Assembly: GCA_907165135.1 (NCBI GenBank)
Contig: OU015568.1
Location: 15,077,208-15,141,207, forward strand
Direction: 5' to 3'
Source of the DNA: Oikopleura dioica
Taxonomy: Eukaryota > Animalia > Chordata
DNA length: 64,000 nt
Part shown: positions 36,738-52,718 of the stretch, in pieces
How positions within the stretch are numbered: position 1 is the stretch's first letter
Layout of the letters: the number at the start of each line of letters is the position of its first letter
Made by a program: the position numbers and the translations under genes
Notes under the pieces: model-generated
Told to the model about the DNA's origin: nothing
The model's database searches: none
The model's input: the letters and a program-made list of their open reading frames with translations, nothing else

Positions 36738-36972
36738 TGTAAATTAGAATTACCGCCATGGTTTGCCTAAAAATGAGCTGGTTCACATAAGTTTGAGTAA
36801 TTTTACACAATTTTTTGTCATAAACATCGGAAAATTGACCATTGTACGATCCTAAATGATAAAAATTCCTCGCAGACTGTCTGTTCTATGACGCTGATAA
36901 AGGTATTGACCAAAAAATGTTAACAATAATAGTGTAATATTTACGACATATCTCATAAGAATAGATTCTTTA

Positions 36973-37574
36973 CAATGACGTGCTTTTTTTAAGGTTAACG
37001 AAGTTTTCCAGCCCACTTCCGCCTTAAAGACCCCCTAACACCATACCTTTATAGAATCAGCAGAAAATTCTAAGAATTTTGACCATTTAAAATTCTAGAA
37101 AACTCCACTTCCGGTCGATTCTAGCGCCGGAAGTTGACGACATTTAGGTGTTAGGGCGAAGTGTGACCTATCAAATTGATGCTCAAACGATTTCCTAGCA
37201 TTTAAGAAAAGAATCAACACCAACGAGGATCAAACCAACCGGAAAAAACTGAAAAAAATTTGATCATTTTCTGCCTTTTTTACATAATTTTACCGGTCGG
37301 TTTGACCACTTTTGGGACTGGTTCTTCTGATATATTGATTATAGGATGAATCAAAATCTTCTGGGCATCAATTTGATAGGTCACACTCTAATATTACTCC
37401 CAAATTTCTTCGACTTCCGGCTCTAGAATCGACCGGAAGTGGAGTTTTCTAGAATTTTAAATGGTCAAAATTCTTAGAATTTTCTGCTGATTCTATAAAG
37501 GTATGGTGTTAGGGGGTCTTTAAGGCGGAAGTGGGCTGGAAAACTTCGTTAACCTTAAAAAAAGCACGTCAATG
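36973..37574. mobile_element. ~600-bp fold-back element (TA-flanked, Tc1/mariner-like ends)
   Basis: Outer ~160 bp of the arms are nearly identical inverted copies, with weaker symmetry continuing to the centre (~37265). Ends TA-CAATGACG...CGTCAATG-TA. Confidence 0.85.
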
Positions 37575-37713
37575 TAAAATTTACATTGATAGCTACTCCT
37601 TGATCATATTAGAAGGGTAGGGATGTAACATCATTCGCGCGCTCTTTTTGAAAAAAGAGAGAAAGACTGTAGTAAAACGTCGTCGAAAACATGTTTGAAA
37701 AACGACTTTTTAA

Positions 37714-38196
37714 CCCGTTAACAGGCGCGTGGCTGTCTCACGGCCACGCAGCCTTTCGAGAGCGATTATATAGGAATAACTCTAGTTTTTATCAAAAATT
37801 TTTGTATTTCTTAAAAATTCAATCGATTCTCTATCTGTTTGTGTGAATTTGAAAAAAAAACGGCATAAAATTCTGGTCGGGAGAAGCGAAAGAAAAACTT
37901 CAGTCAGCGAGAAAAAGGGAAAACATAATACAAATCGCCCGCCTTTTCCCTTCTTTCCCTTTTCTCCAATCTCAGCGTCGAAAAATGACGTAACTTTGAC
38001 CTCAATTTTCAACCCCTAAACGAATCACAAAAACAAAACAAAAAGATGTAGGAGAATGAGAAGACGCTTCTGAATCATTTTTTACCCTTGGAATTAGTTT
38101 TTCTCGTCCCTATTTCTCAGAAAACACCGTAAGGTGCGTGGACTTTAGACTGCCACGCGCCCGTTAACGCATAAGATCGGATGCCCAGTTAACGGG
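37714..38196. mobile_element. piggyBac-like MITE
   Basis: TTAA-CCCGTTAAC ... GTTAACGGG-TTAA, plus an asymmetrically placed internal IR GGCGCGTGGCTGTCT / AGACTGCCACGCGCC. Confidence 0.82.
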
Positions 38197-39679
38197 TTAA
38201 TAAAACGCGTCATGAATGTTTCTGTCAGAGTCGATAGTAATAACCGGCAATTTCAATTTCGACAGAAATATATATATTCGCGGGTGGCATCTTTGACCTG
38301 TCAAAAAGTAGACAACTTTAACGGTTGGCAAGCCTCTTTTCTTAACGATCGAAAGTTTCGAAAATAGATTATTAAAAAAAACTTTCTTCTTCTTTATTTA
38401 TTTATTCCTAGTCATTTTACCGGTAGATAACCGCCTTAAATATCAATCCTAAGTCGTCTCGCTCCCACTTCAAGCAGCGAAAAAATGTCAAGAGGCGACG
38501 CAAAAATCTCCTAAGTCGGTGCTAAGCCAAGTGTCAGGATTTCCGAGCGGTTTCCGAGATGTCAGCAGCTTCAGGAAATCAACGAAGACAAGAATCATAT
38601 CTCTCAATACAGTACAGTCAGGGCTTTCAATTCCACTGAACCATGTCATTGGAAGGCCCCTGAGTGTTATAACACTCATAACGTCGATTCTTTCAGACTG
38701 TCAAAATTATCAAGACTAAATGAACATCCGATTTGACTCATCGATGGCCAAATTAATGGACAAAAAAACGATTTCTTCGGATAAATTTTTGGATATCGCT
38801 GGATTAAAAATACTTTCCTGTCAGTAAATCACGATGAAAAGGAGTAAACTTAACTATTATAAATCGACAAAATCATAAAGAGTGAAGTCTTAGAAACACT
38901 TCTATAAATGACCTTTTGATCTCTATTTATTGAACACTAAACAGCTTCACATGGTAATATCGTTAAATTAACGAGAACAAATCGTTTTTGATTTCGTAAA
39001 AATCAAAGAAACTCAATATTTTTGTCCTGAAAGAAAACTTACGAATACAGTCATTGAATCTGTTTCTCCACTTTTCTTCTTCCGAAATTCTCATTCTTCT
39101 TTTCTTCGTCTGAGTTTCTTCTTTTCAAATTTCAAAAATCATGAATTTTTTTGAAAAATTTAATTTTTCTCGATCTTGTTTTTCGAAAATAAAAAAGTTG
39201 GAATTGGCGAAGACGGAGCGAGCTGCGTCGGGATCCCAGTGAACCGCAAGATGTTTTCTTTTTATTGCTGCTCAGCTCTGCCTCGGCTCTGGCTCTCGCT
39301 TTTTTCTGAGCGCCCGCTCAAAGTTCGCGCATTTTTCGCGTCTAAGCCAATCAGCGCGCGCTGGCTCCAAGCGCTGAGGAAGGGAGAGAAAGAAGCCAGA
39401 GTCGTCATTATTGATGAAGAAGCATTCCATTTTTTAAGTTACAAATTTTTAAAGAATTTTTTTAATTTTCAAGCGTAGTTTGCGTTTTCAAAATTTCAGA
39501 TTTTATTGACACTGTAAATTTAGTCATTTTGTTACATTCGATCGATAATTTATAAATTATAAGTTTCCCTGATGTCTTGGCGATGATATTGTCTAGAAAA
39601 TCCGAAAATAAGAATTTCCGACACTGTCGTTTAGTCAAAACGGTGAAAGGTTTACACCAGATTTACATAAGGTGTTGTT

Positions 39680-40130
39680 AATTGTCTGCGAGCATTTCCA
39701 GTGGAATATTTACCATCTCTTGATTCGCCTATTCCATGACGCTAATGATGCTTATGGGATATGTTCCGATTCTTTCCTTGGCGATCCGCAATCTGTTGAG
39801 AAAGATGTTGGCCAAAAAGGTTACCCCTGAATATGTAACATTTTGCAACACTCTTTTGTACAATCATAGCTCTTGTTAGCATATGACATTATTAGCATTT
39901 AGATCTGCTTTCTGTTTAGACAGATAATGAATTTTTAACATTAATTTTTTCGATAATGTCATATGATAATAAGAGCTATCAATGTATAAAAGAGTGTTGC
40001 GAAAGGTTACATATTCATTGGTAAGATTTTTGGCCAACATCTTCATCAACAAATTCAGGATCGTCGTGTGAGAGATAGCAAAGCGTCATAGGTAGAATAA
40101 ATGCTTAGAAAGATGCTCTCAGGACATATT
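39680..40130. repeat. Degenerate fold-back / old palindromic MITE
   Basis: Paired blocks AAGATGTTGGCCAAAAA/TTTTTGGCCAACATCTT, GCAACACTCTTTT/AAAAGAGTGTTGC and CATATGACATTA/TAATGTCATATG, symmetric about ~39922. Confidence 0.75.
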
Positions 40131-40353
40131 CCAATTCTTTACACATGGCGATGTAGAATTTATTTACATCGATGCTTCCATGTGTTTCAATATTTTTGTG
40201 ATCATAAAGTGAATTTTTTAATATAAATTTTATTGCTCTTCGTGTTTTCTACATTTGAACCTCTCATTCTGTCAGTCTGATACTTAATTATTTATTTATT
40301 CCGGAGCGACATTCCATGATGATGTTTAAATTTCAGACTCAGTTTCTGGCAAA

Positions 40354-41614
<1,261 letters not shown>

Positions 41615-41801
41615 ATCTGTCTGACTCAACGACTGTTTATGACATCGATTTCTGACATCTTGTTTGTCTTACTGATAATTAACACGTGTTTCTATATTCT
41701 ATTGCATTAGAATTTTCGAAAAAATACGTCAACATAATTCTTTCAGAAAATAATGACTAGAATCAGATGAAAAACTCCAAAGTACCAATCAAGCTGAAGA
41801 A

Positions 41802-42608
41802 ATGTTGCATTCGGAATATAGAACTGATCATCAGCTGAAGCCTGACGAAAGAGTCATCTTTCCATTGAAAGAAATACATATAAAAGTCGAACCTTATGAC
41901 AAAGATGACGATGTGGACCTTGAGACCAAATTAAAGGAGCAAGAAGCAGAAGAAATAGAAATATTCATAAAGGAGGAAAGAATCGAAGACGAAGAAGAGA
42001 TCTGCATCAAAAGTGAAATCATAGAAGACCCTCATCCCAATAGTATCACGATCAAAGAAGAATCACTTGAAGATAACAGCCCTGCTATACACCCTGCTCA
42101 ATATCATAAAGAAATCTTCCTCAGAAAGGACTTTTACGCAAGCTCTTCTCAAGAACAACGAGTTCTTTCATCAACGGTAAAATTTTCTTTTTGTGAATTC
42201 TCTATTCTTTCTAGTTTCTTCGCGAGAAGGGCTTGGTCATGAATGTAAAAGAAAGACGAAACGCATGCTCAGACCCATCTCGTGAATTTCACTGTGATCT
42301 CTGCCCCAAAGAAAAGCCTCGAACCTTCACTTCAATGGAAAATCTTTGGCGGCACTTTTGCCAGCATCTTGGTCATTATATTTTTCACTGCGATCATTGC
42401 GAAAAAGGATTCTATAGAAAGGACAAACTGGATATTCATTTAAAGGTACGATCTTATGATATCTAAAAGAGGGAAAAATATTCTTCAGAACAATCATCCT
42501 GAAGTTTCCCGACCTCCAAAACGATACAGAGCTCCGAATAAAAGCAGGGCGTTTCCTGATAAGAGGAAACTAAGGGAAATTTTACCAAAAATAAACAAAG
42601 TCGATTAA
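41802..42608 (+). CDS. C2H2 zinc-finger protein (2 fingers, acidic IKxE-rich N-terminus)
   Basis: Exons 41802-42175, 42215-42445 and 42489-42608. Fingers CDLC..HFCQH and CDHC..F..HLKNNH. Confidence 0.8.
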
Positions 42609-42790
42609 TTTAAAACTTTCATTTGCTCGTTTTTTCTGTCAGACAACTAATAATTTATTAGTAATAAACAACCTTGGTACAAACTTTTATCTCAATTGCT
42701 ATTAGTTAATAACCTTTAGTTTATTTGGTTAAGCAATCTCTCGGGAAGAATAATTGATTCCATTTTCTATTCATTTCTTTTTGTAGAATC

Positions 42791-45700
42791 ATGGGTAAAC
42801 GAAAGTCGGCTCAACGAAGAAACAAAAAGTTCAAAGCAGCAGATCCCTTTGCTCGTGGAAAGTCGCAAGCTAATCTTGGTCAGGTAAAATCACAAGTTTC
42901 ATTTCTTATATTTTAATATAAGTCTTTTTCTGCATTAATCTTTCTGTCTTTGAAAATACTCTTTTCACAAGGGAAGTATTGAAAATTGAACAGAGAATCA
43001 TAGAAAAATCGAGCTGCGCGATTTGAGATCATTCGGCAAGAACTAAAAGATGATATGAACAAAAACAGTGATGATGCACTAGAATTAGCGCTCGATTCCG
43101 ATGAAGATGCTTCTCAGCACGACCGTTCATCTTTCGAACCGTTTCTTCAGACTAAAATCGCGGCAGAACCTGGCGAAGATGAGTCAGATCACGAGGAGTT
43201 CGTGAAACGAAATGCCGAACAACCTCAAAAATTGGGGAGAAAAGCGCTGTTAGAAAAGACGCATTTCTGTGGCGAGTGTGGTGCTGGATTTACTCGTCTG
43301 GGACGTATGAAAGCACATATCTGGAAATTTCACTGCGATCCTGACACTATGGACAAATCGAAAGAGGCTGCCATGTCAATTTGCGTCTTCTGCGGGAAAG
43401 ACTGCGGAACACCAGCTGCCACAAAGGAGCACGTACAAATGCTACACAAGAATGCGAGAATCAATCAACGAGTTGGATTTAAGTGTGCATTTTGTGCACT
43501 CCATTTCCGTGGATATCAGCAGTTGACCAACCATCTCATGAAAACTCATAAAACTCGATTCAACTGGGTGTGTAAAATTTGTGGCGAAAAACGAATATCA
43601 AAAGAGTCTGTCGAAGATCACATTGAAGATGAACACGGATCAGCTACTATTGGGCCCCAACTCGAAACTTACGAATGTGAGCTTTGTTCGTATGGTTTTC
43701 CAGAAATACGACGATTTTCATCGAGAGCCTATTTTTTGGCCCATGTGTCGCAGAATCATGCTGGTCACCCAGAGGTTTATAAAACGATCTGTAAAATTAT
43801 CGTCGGAGGAAATCATATTGAAGCAGAGATTTTGGAAGTGGATGACCCCGTTGAAAAAATACCTGCAGTGCCGGTACAAGAGACTGCTGAAGATGAGGAG
43901 ATCTGTCTCAAAGAAGAGGACGAGGGAGAAAAAATATCAGTATCAAAATCAAGGAAAAAAGTGTTCGCAGAAAAGAAGTTTTTCTGTGAAGATTGTGGTG
44001 CTGGATTTACAGAGCGCGGAGGTTTGCGAAGGCATATGAAGAATATTCACGGAAAGGCTCTTCCACATCTACGCATTAGTTCGAATCCTAAACATTATCC
44101 TTGCCCGGAATGCAACAAGATGTTCGCACGTAAATGGCACATGAAACGACACGCGAGAAGTGTTCATTGCATTTTCCTTGGGGAGCAGCATGTAAAGGAG
44201 ATTTTGGAAGAAGATCAGCCCATTGATGAAATGACTCCAGTGTTGGCGCAAGAGAATTCTGAAGACGAAGAAATCTGTCTCAAAGAAGAAGACGAGGAAG
44301 AAGAAATGGCAGTCAAAAATGAAAGAGATGAGACCTGTTTTAAGCAGGAGCTACAGACATGTGATGAAGCAGACATTGTGCCTGCACCTTTTCTTTGCGA
44401 GCTTTTGCCTGATTCGGTAAAAGACGAGGTTGTCGACGAAGCAATGATCAAAGAAGAACCAAAAGACGAAGAAAACAATCCTGTTCTTACCTCCTTTCTC
44501 CCTCGAAAACCTTCGCGACCTATTCCAACCCTGCCGATAAAGCCGATGCCTTCACTCTTCAATGGTCCGCGAAAGTTCAGCTTGAAAATTAACTACAGTT
44601 CTCTAAAGTTCAAGCTTCCACAAAAGCGAAACTTTCAAGAGAACGCTTCCTACGAAAATCAGGATGATGATCTTTCACAGAAGACTGCTAAAGAAGAAGT
44701 CAAGGAAGAATACCTTATAGAATAGAAGATGAAGATAACGAAAGACGTCTACTTATCACATGACTTTAGATTTTTTTCTTCACTGAAATTGCAACAGCAA
44801 TGCTTCACTTGCCACTTGAAAATGTTTTAAAAGCTGAATAAAGAATAGCTTCAAAATATTGTCATAGTTTTCTCATGATCAATTTTGAAAACAACGGAAT
44901 TGAATCGGGCTACGATCTAAACATTTTCCACTCAGGATGTTGGCTTCGGTTACTCTGGTGGCATGGAAGAAATGCCAAAGAACTTAAAACGCATCCTGAA
45001 GAAAGAAAAGTCTGCGTCAACGGAAACGAATCCTAAGAAAAGGACAGAGAAGGAAAAGAAAAAGTCTGCCGTCTATAGGATGCTTTCCGAAGGTCAGTCT
45101 ACTTCCCGCGTTGGCTACTTGAGTAGAAGTGTTCTTTCCGGGACTAGTCAGGAGTATTGGCTCATGATGCCATTTTTACCATAGTTGAAATCCTCAAAGA
45201 CTAAAATCGATAATCACCCTAGATTTAAAACTTTCTTTCAGGAGGCTTTGATGACGAACGACCGAAGATTAAATTCGTAAAGAAAAGTTACGAAACAATG
45301 GCTGAATTCAAAGATCGAATGCATGCAGAATGTCAGAATGCGATCACAATTGCGAACGGAACGAAAGCTAGAAATGTCGTCAAGGAATTCAAGAAGGCGA
45401 CGAAATTGGACAAGAATAATGGCAAGATTCCGGAGGAGCAGAAGCCAAAGCAAAAAGCGATCAATAGAAAGAGATTGGAAAAGAAACAAATAGAAAAAGA
45501 GAAAAAGTCCGACAAGGTTGTCCAATTTTAATTATCAGAGATTTATCGTTTTTTAGGAATTGGAAAGGCTGGAGAAAGAAATGCTAAAGGACCGCGTCGA
45601 GTTTGGAGAACGAGTTGATGCGCCACCAGAATTCAAGTCGCTCCCCCGCGGCGCACAGAAGAAAACTACCGGTCGCTTCAGCAATCTTCTACTGTTGGAG

Positions 45701-45826
45701 AAACTGCAGCTGCCAGAGCATCAAGTCGAGCAAAAACAACAACAAAAGACCAGAGAGGAAGAGCTTGCAGAAGAAAGAAAGCGAGCAATTGAAGAGTATC
45801 GTAAACTGCGCACTATTCGAACTTGA
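42791..45826 (+). CDS. CCDC137: CCDC137-like nucleolar protein
   Basis: Exons 42791-42883 (KKFKAADPF), 44936-45091, 45242-45516 and 45557-45826 (DRVEFGERVDAPP, EERKRAIEEYRKL). Confidence 0.75.
43055..44725 (+). CDS. Intronless multi-C2H2 zinc-finger protein nested in CCDC137 intron 1
   Basis: 556-aa ORF with 7 CxxC...HxxxxH fingers. It has its own AATAAA near 44837 and upstream in-frame stops. Confidence 0.88.
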   Translation: MNKNSDDALELALDSDEDASQHDRSSFEPFLQTKIAAEPGEDESDHEEFVKRNAEQPQKLGRKALLEKTHFCGECGAGFTRLGRMKAHIWKFHCDPDTMDKSKEAAMSICVFCGKDCGTPAATKEHVQMLHKNARINQRVGFKCAFCALHFRGYQQLTNHLMKTHKTRFNWVCKICGEKRISKESVEDHIEDEHGSATIGPQLETYECELCSYGFPEIRRFSSRAYFLAHVSQNHAGHPEVYKTICKIIVGGNHIEAEILEVDDPVEKIPAVPVQETAEDEEICLKEEDEGEKISVSKSRKKVFAEKKFFCEDCGAGFTERGGLRRHMKNIHGKALPHLRISSNPKHYPCPECNKMFARKWHMKRHARSVHCIFLGEQHVKEILEEDQPIDEMTPVLAQENSEDEEICLKEEDEEEEMAVKNERDETCFKQELQTCDEADIVPAPFLCELLPDSVKDEVVDEAMIKEEPKDEENNPVLTSFLPRKPSRPIPTLPIKPMPSLFNGPRKFSLKINYSSLKFKLPQKRNFQENASYENQDDDLSQKTAKEEVKEEYLIE

Positions 45827-47552
45827 TGAAAAAACTGGTTTTGTGAAAATTTCTCTAAAGAGCATTTACGATTGACAAAGCTGTCTAGCTCGCTCATGAA
45901 GATAACGAGCTTTATTTTGCCTTACGGCCGCGTTTTCTCACCAAATATGCGGTTTTAAAATTCCATTGTAAATGCTCGCGATCGCGTTTTATCTCTCAAA
46001 TTATAAGTGCCCGCCGTGCTTTATCAGGGGTCCGTCTTTTAGACTCAGCATATAAGAAATAACTGCAGGATAAAGCGGGAAAAGTATACCGTAGTACAGA
46101 ACGCTTGGAATATTTTTATACATCTAGCGAGACCAAATGGAAGGCATCTTGCCAGGCCTACTTGTGTCTGTAGTAAATGTCAATTCCGAGTGCAGAGGAT
46201 TATCTGAGGAATTTTATCATGATCAAATTGGCAATCGTTCGTAAAGTCGGGCATCTCAGATGCCGCATCTGGAAGATTTTATCTCCGAGCTATCTTACGG
46301 TACATCCTACTTAAAAAGACAGTGCTCCACTCAGGTGGAGGATTTCTTAACTTGTGCAGGATGCGACTCATCATTCGAGTTGCATCTGAAATATAACGTT
46401 AGCAGTGAAGGTCAAACCAAAGGTCCCGGAAGGATTTTGTATCCATGATTGTATCCGCACCGTCCTACTTGCCTGGAAACTTGAAGCAATCTGGGAGATA
46501 TGAGCCATCATTAGGATACCGTTGACGTTATAGAGAGGTCAGTCACCAGCCTTGCGATTTTGTCAGGCCGACAGTTTCGGCTTCTGTTCATTCGCAGATG
46601 CCGCATGACATGATTAGGAGAGCTAGAATCTTTTCAGTTTTAGGTAGCTTTCAGCAGATTTATCATTTCGTTTTTGCAAATTCAAGGCGATATTCAAGCA
46701 GGAAAGCCCAGCTGAGGATAAAGATAAGGCTAAAGGTCATTAAGGGTGGTGGAATCCATTCGTACGTGCTTGTTCTGATTCTCTGATGTATGCAGAAGTG
46801 GTGATAGCACCGCCGCGGGTGCTCTCGGCTTGTTATCCTGGGCCAATTGCTTCCCTCCGCGGGGTAATGAACTTGCCTCTGAAGAACTTTCCGTCCTCGA
46901 CGGCATGTGGATGCAATCAGTCTCTGTCCAGCACTCCTGCCTCTCAGAACTCCTTCTTTTTCTTCCCTTTTTTCTTCCTCCACCAAAGGCTTCAAAATGA
47001 GCGGTATGAACAAACAAAAACCATCGTTGATGCTTCTAAGTTTTCTTTTTCGAGAGAAATAGAAGAGAATAAAGAGATTTTCATTTTCATATAGAATGTC
47101 AGTCATATTCACTGTTATTATCCACCAACGACTTGGACGCTTTCTGCGGTCAATAAATAATTTCATGGTCGATAAAAAAACGCCCTTATTTTGCGGTAAA
47201 ACAGTTCCATTTGTCGATTGTTACTGTTGATAAAGGGCGGTTTTATAAGGCGACATGGGTTGATTGGTTTCCGGTGCAAAATTTTTTTTACCTTATCTGA
47301 ATTCAGGGAGCCCTCCAATCACGTCGGCTTTAGTGGCTGATAAACCAAGTGGAGTTGGCTCCAAGCGGAGTTAGCGCATTCTGACTTCAAGGTTGTAAAC
47401 TGGCGCCCCGTCTAAATATAAGCGACCGGTACCACTTCCATTCCACAAGCGTAATCAAACAAAGCAAAAAAAAAGAGAGAAAAAGCGTTCTTGCAATTTT
47501 CTTCAACTAAAAAATTAACACACAGCCTTTTCGACCAAAACCTAAAAACAAC

Positions 47553-51062
<3,510 letters not shown>

Positions 51063-51918
51063 AAGCGCTCCCTGCCCCGACATTTCTCCCTCTGGTGAAA
51101 TCAAGGAAGACTCACCTGACTTTTTTTATAACATGAAAGAAAATTTAGGTGAAACTTACTTGAAGCTATTTTCTAATTCGTGAAGCTCCCAATTTGAAAT
51201 TGTTGGAGTTTCACTCGTATCAGTTCTATACCGTTAGTGCCAAAAACACCTTTCCCTGTCCTGTTTGTTGATGTCTGACTCTTAGTATATATTTTATTTA
51301 ATATTAGTTAAGTTAATAATTACACAATCTGTCGAAAAACCAAAAGTGCAATAGTCTAATCTCAGTTATACTATTAGTCACTCTCAACTCTGTTTTCTTC
51401 TATGCAACTGTTGCCTAAATATATTTTAAAATAACGACGACGATTTCGTGTGTTTTATTTTATTGCGAAAATTCTCAGAGGTCAGAAGAAGTAGAGCTTG
51501 CGTAAAGAACTAGGCAGAATCCAAGATGAGGCATCAGAAGCCACCCTCCGTTGGCAATGAAGAGCAGCAGTGCGCAGCAGAGAAAGTAGAGTTTGCATTC
51601 TTCTGAAGGCAAAATTCGATCAAGCATTTTTTATGAGTTCTCTTGTGGTCTCTTTGAGTGTTTTTGTTTTGATTTATTCTTGCGAGCCCCCCGCCCCTTA
51701 TGTAAGAGAAAAACAGATGTCTTGAGATTGAATTGGATCTGAAGGGCGCTAGAACTGATTGATAACACCTGTTGTTTACAGATGATTTGATGAAATCGAG
51801 ATTTTTTAAGAGATTCGTTCAAAGATTGTAAAAGATCGAACCAGTGGTAATTCAAAAATGTAAAAAGTAAGTGTTGTTTTAGATTTTGTTTATTCCAGAA
51901 GAATGAGTAATGAATATT

Positions 51919-52389
51919 TCAGAAGAGAGATCGTTTAGCTTTTTTGACAGCAGTATTTTCATTGTCTTCCGATTTTCGTTTTCGCCCTTGTTGATTTTCT
52001 TCGACTTGCGGGATGTTTTCACCGATGACAGTGTAAGGCGGGGTGAGGGGAGAATTAGGCCATTCAAACGAAACTGAAGATGAAGCATATGTCGACGGCG
52101 ACGCTGGAGGCGACTCCATCGGTGCTTTTCTAGGAGAAGATGTGGCAAAGGGGGGCATGTCTGGTTCAATCACTTCGAAGCTGTTGAACTCAACGCTTTC
52201 CAAGGATTCATTTGCGTTGTTGTCCTGAGGATCGTACTCAGCAGGAAAAGATTCATCAAAAAGAAACTCATTCTTGATGTCGTATTCTTCTTCTCCAGGA
52301 GCAAGATGATCTTGAGTGGAAATGAAGGGTTGGTAATCTTCTTCGTCGAAAGTTGTGAATCGTGGGACGATTTGATCGCTAGAAGACAT
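51919..52389 (-). CDS. Orphan disordered protein with CDK sites, NLS and C-terminal RxLF
   Basis: 156-aa ORF with an acidic N-half, an SP/TP cluster and RKRK..KKAKRSLF*. Confidence 0.55.
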   Translation of the reverse strand: MSSSDQIVPRFTTFDEEDYQPFISTQDHLAPGEEEYDIKNEFLFDESFPAEYDPQDNNANESLESVEFNSFEVIEPDMPPFATSSPRKAPMESPPASPSTYASSSVSFEWPNSPLTPPYTVIGENIPQVEENQQGRKRKSEDNENTAVKKAKRSLF

Positions 52390-52718
52390 TCTTTTCTCGT
52401 TTTTGTCAATTTATGATGAAAATAATTTCAACTGAGCTTTTATTCTAGGAAACAGCTGAAGGAAATCGAGGTATTTTTTCGGCGGCGCATGTTCAATGCG
52501 GCAGTAATCGAATAATGGCTTTCTTTGATGATGCGAAATTGATGCTTCAAAGAGGAAATAATTTTTATTTCTAGTATCGACAGTTCCGAAAATATTAAAT
52601 TGACCAGGCTCATTTTAGTTTTTATCTGAGTAAGTTCAACATCACTGCGCGGATTTGAGTAAACAGACGATCAGAAGAATGCGCTCGGAGCAGCGCAGAA
52701 TTCATCCTCCAAAAAGAG

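Noticed and set aside
46138-47166. ORFs upstream of UGP2 (46260+, 46663-, 46730-)
   Set aside because: No domain similarity or consistent exon chain. Left unannotated.
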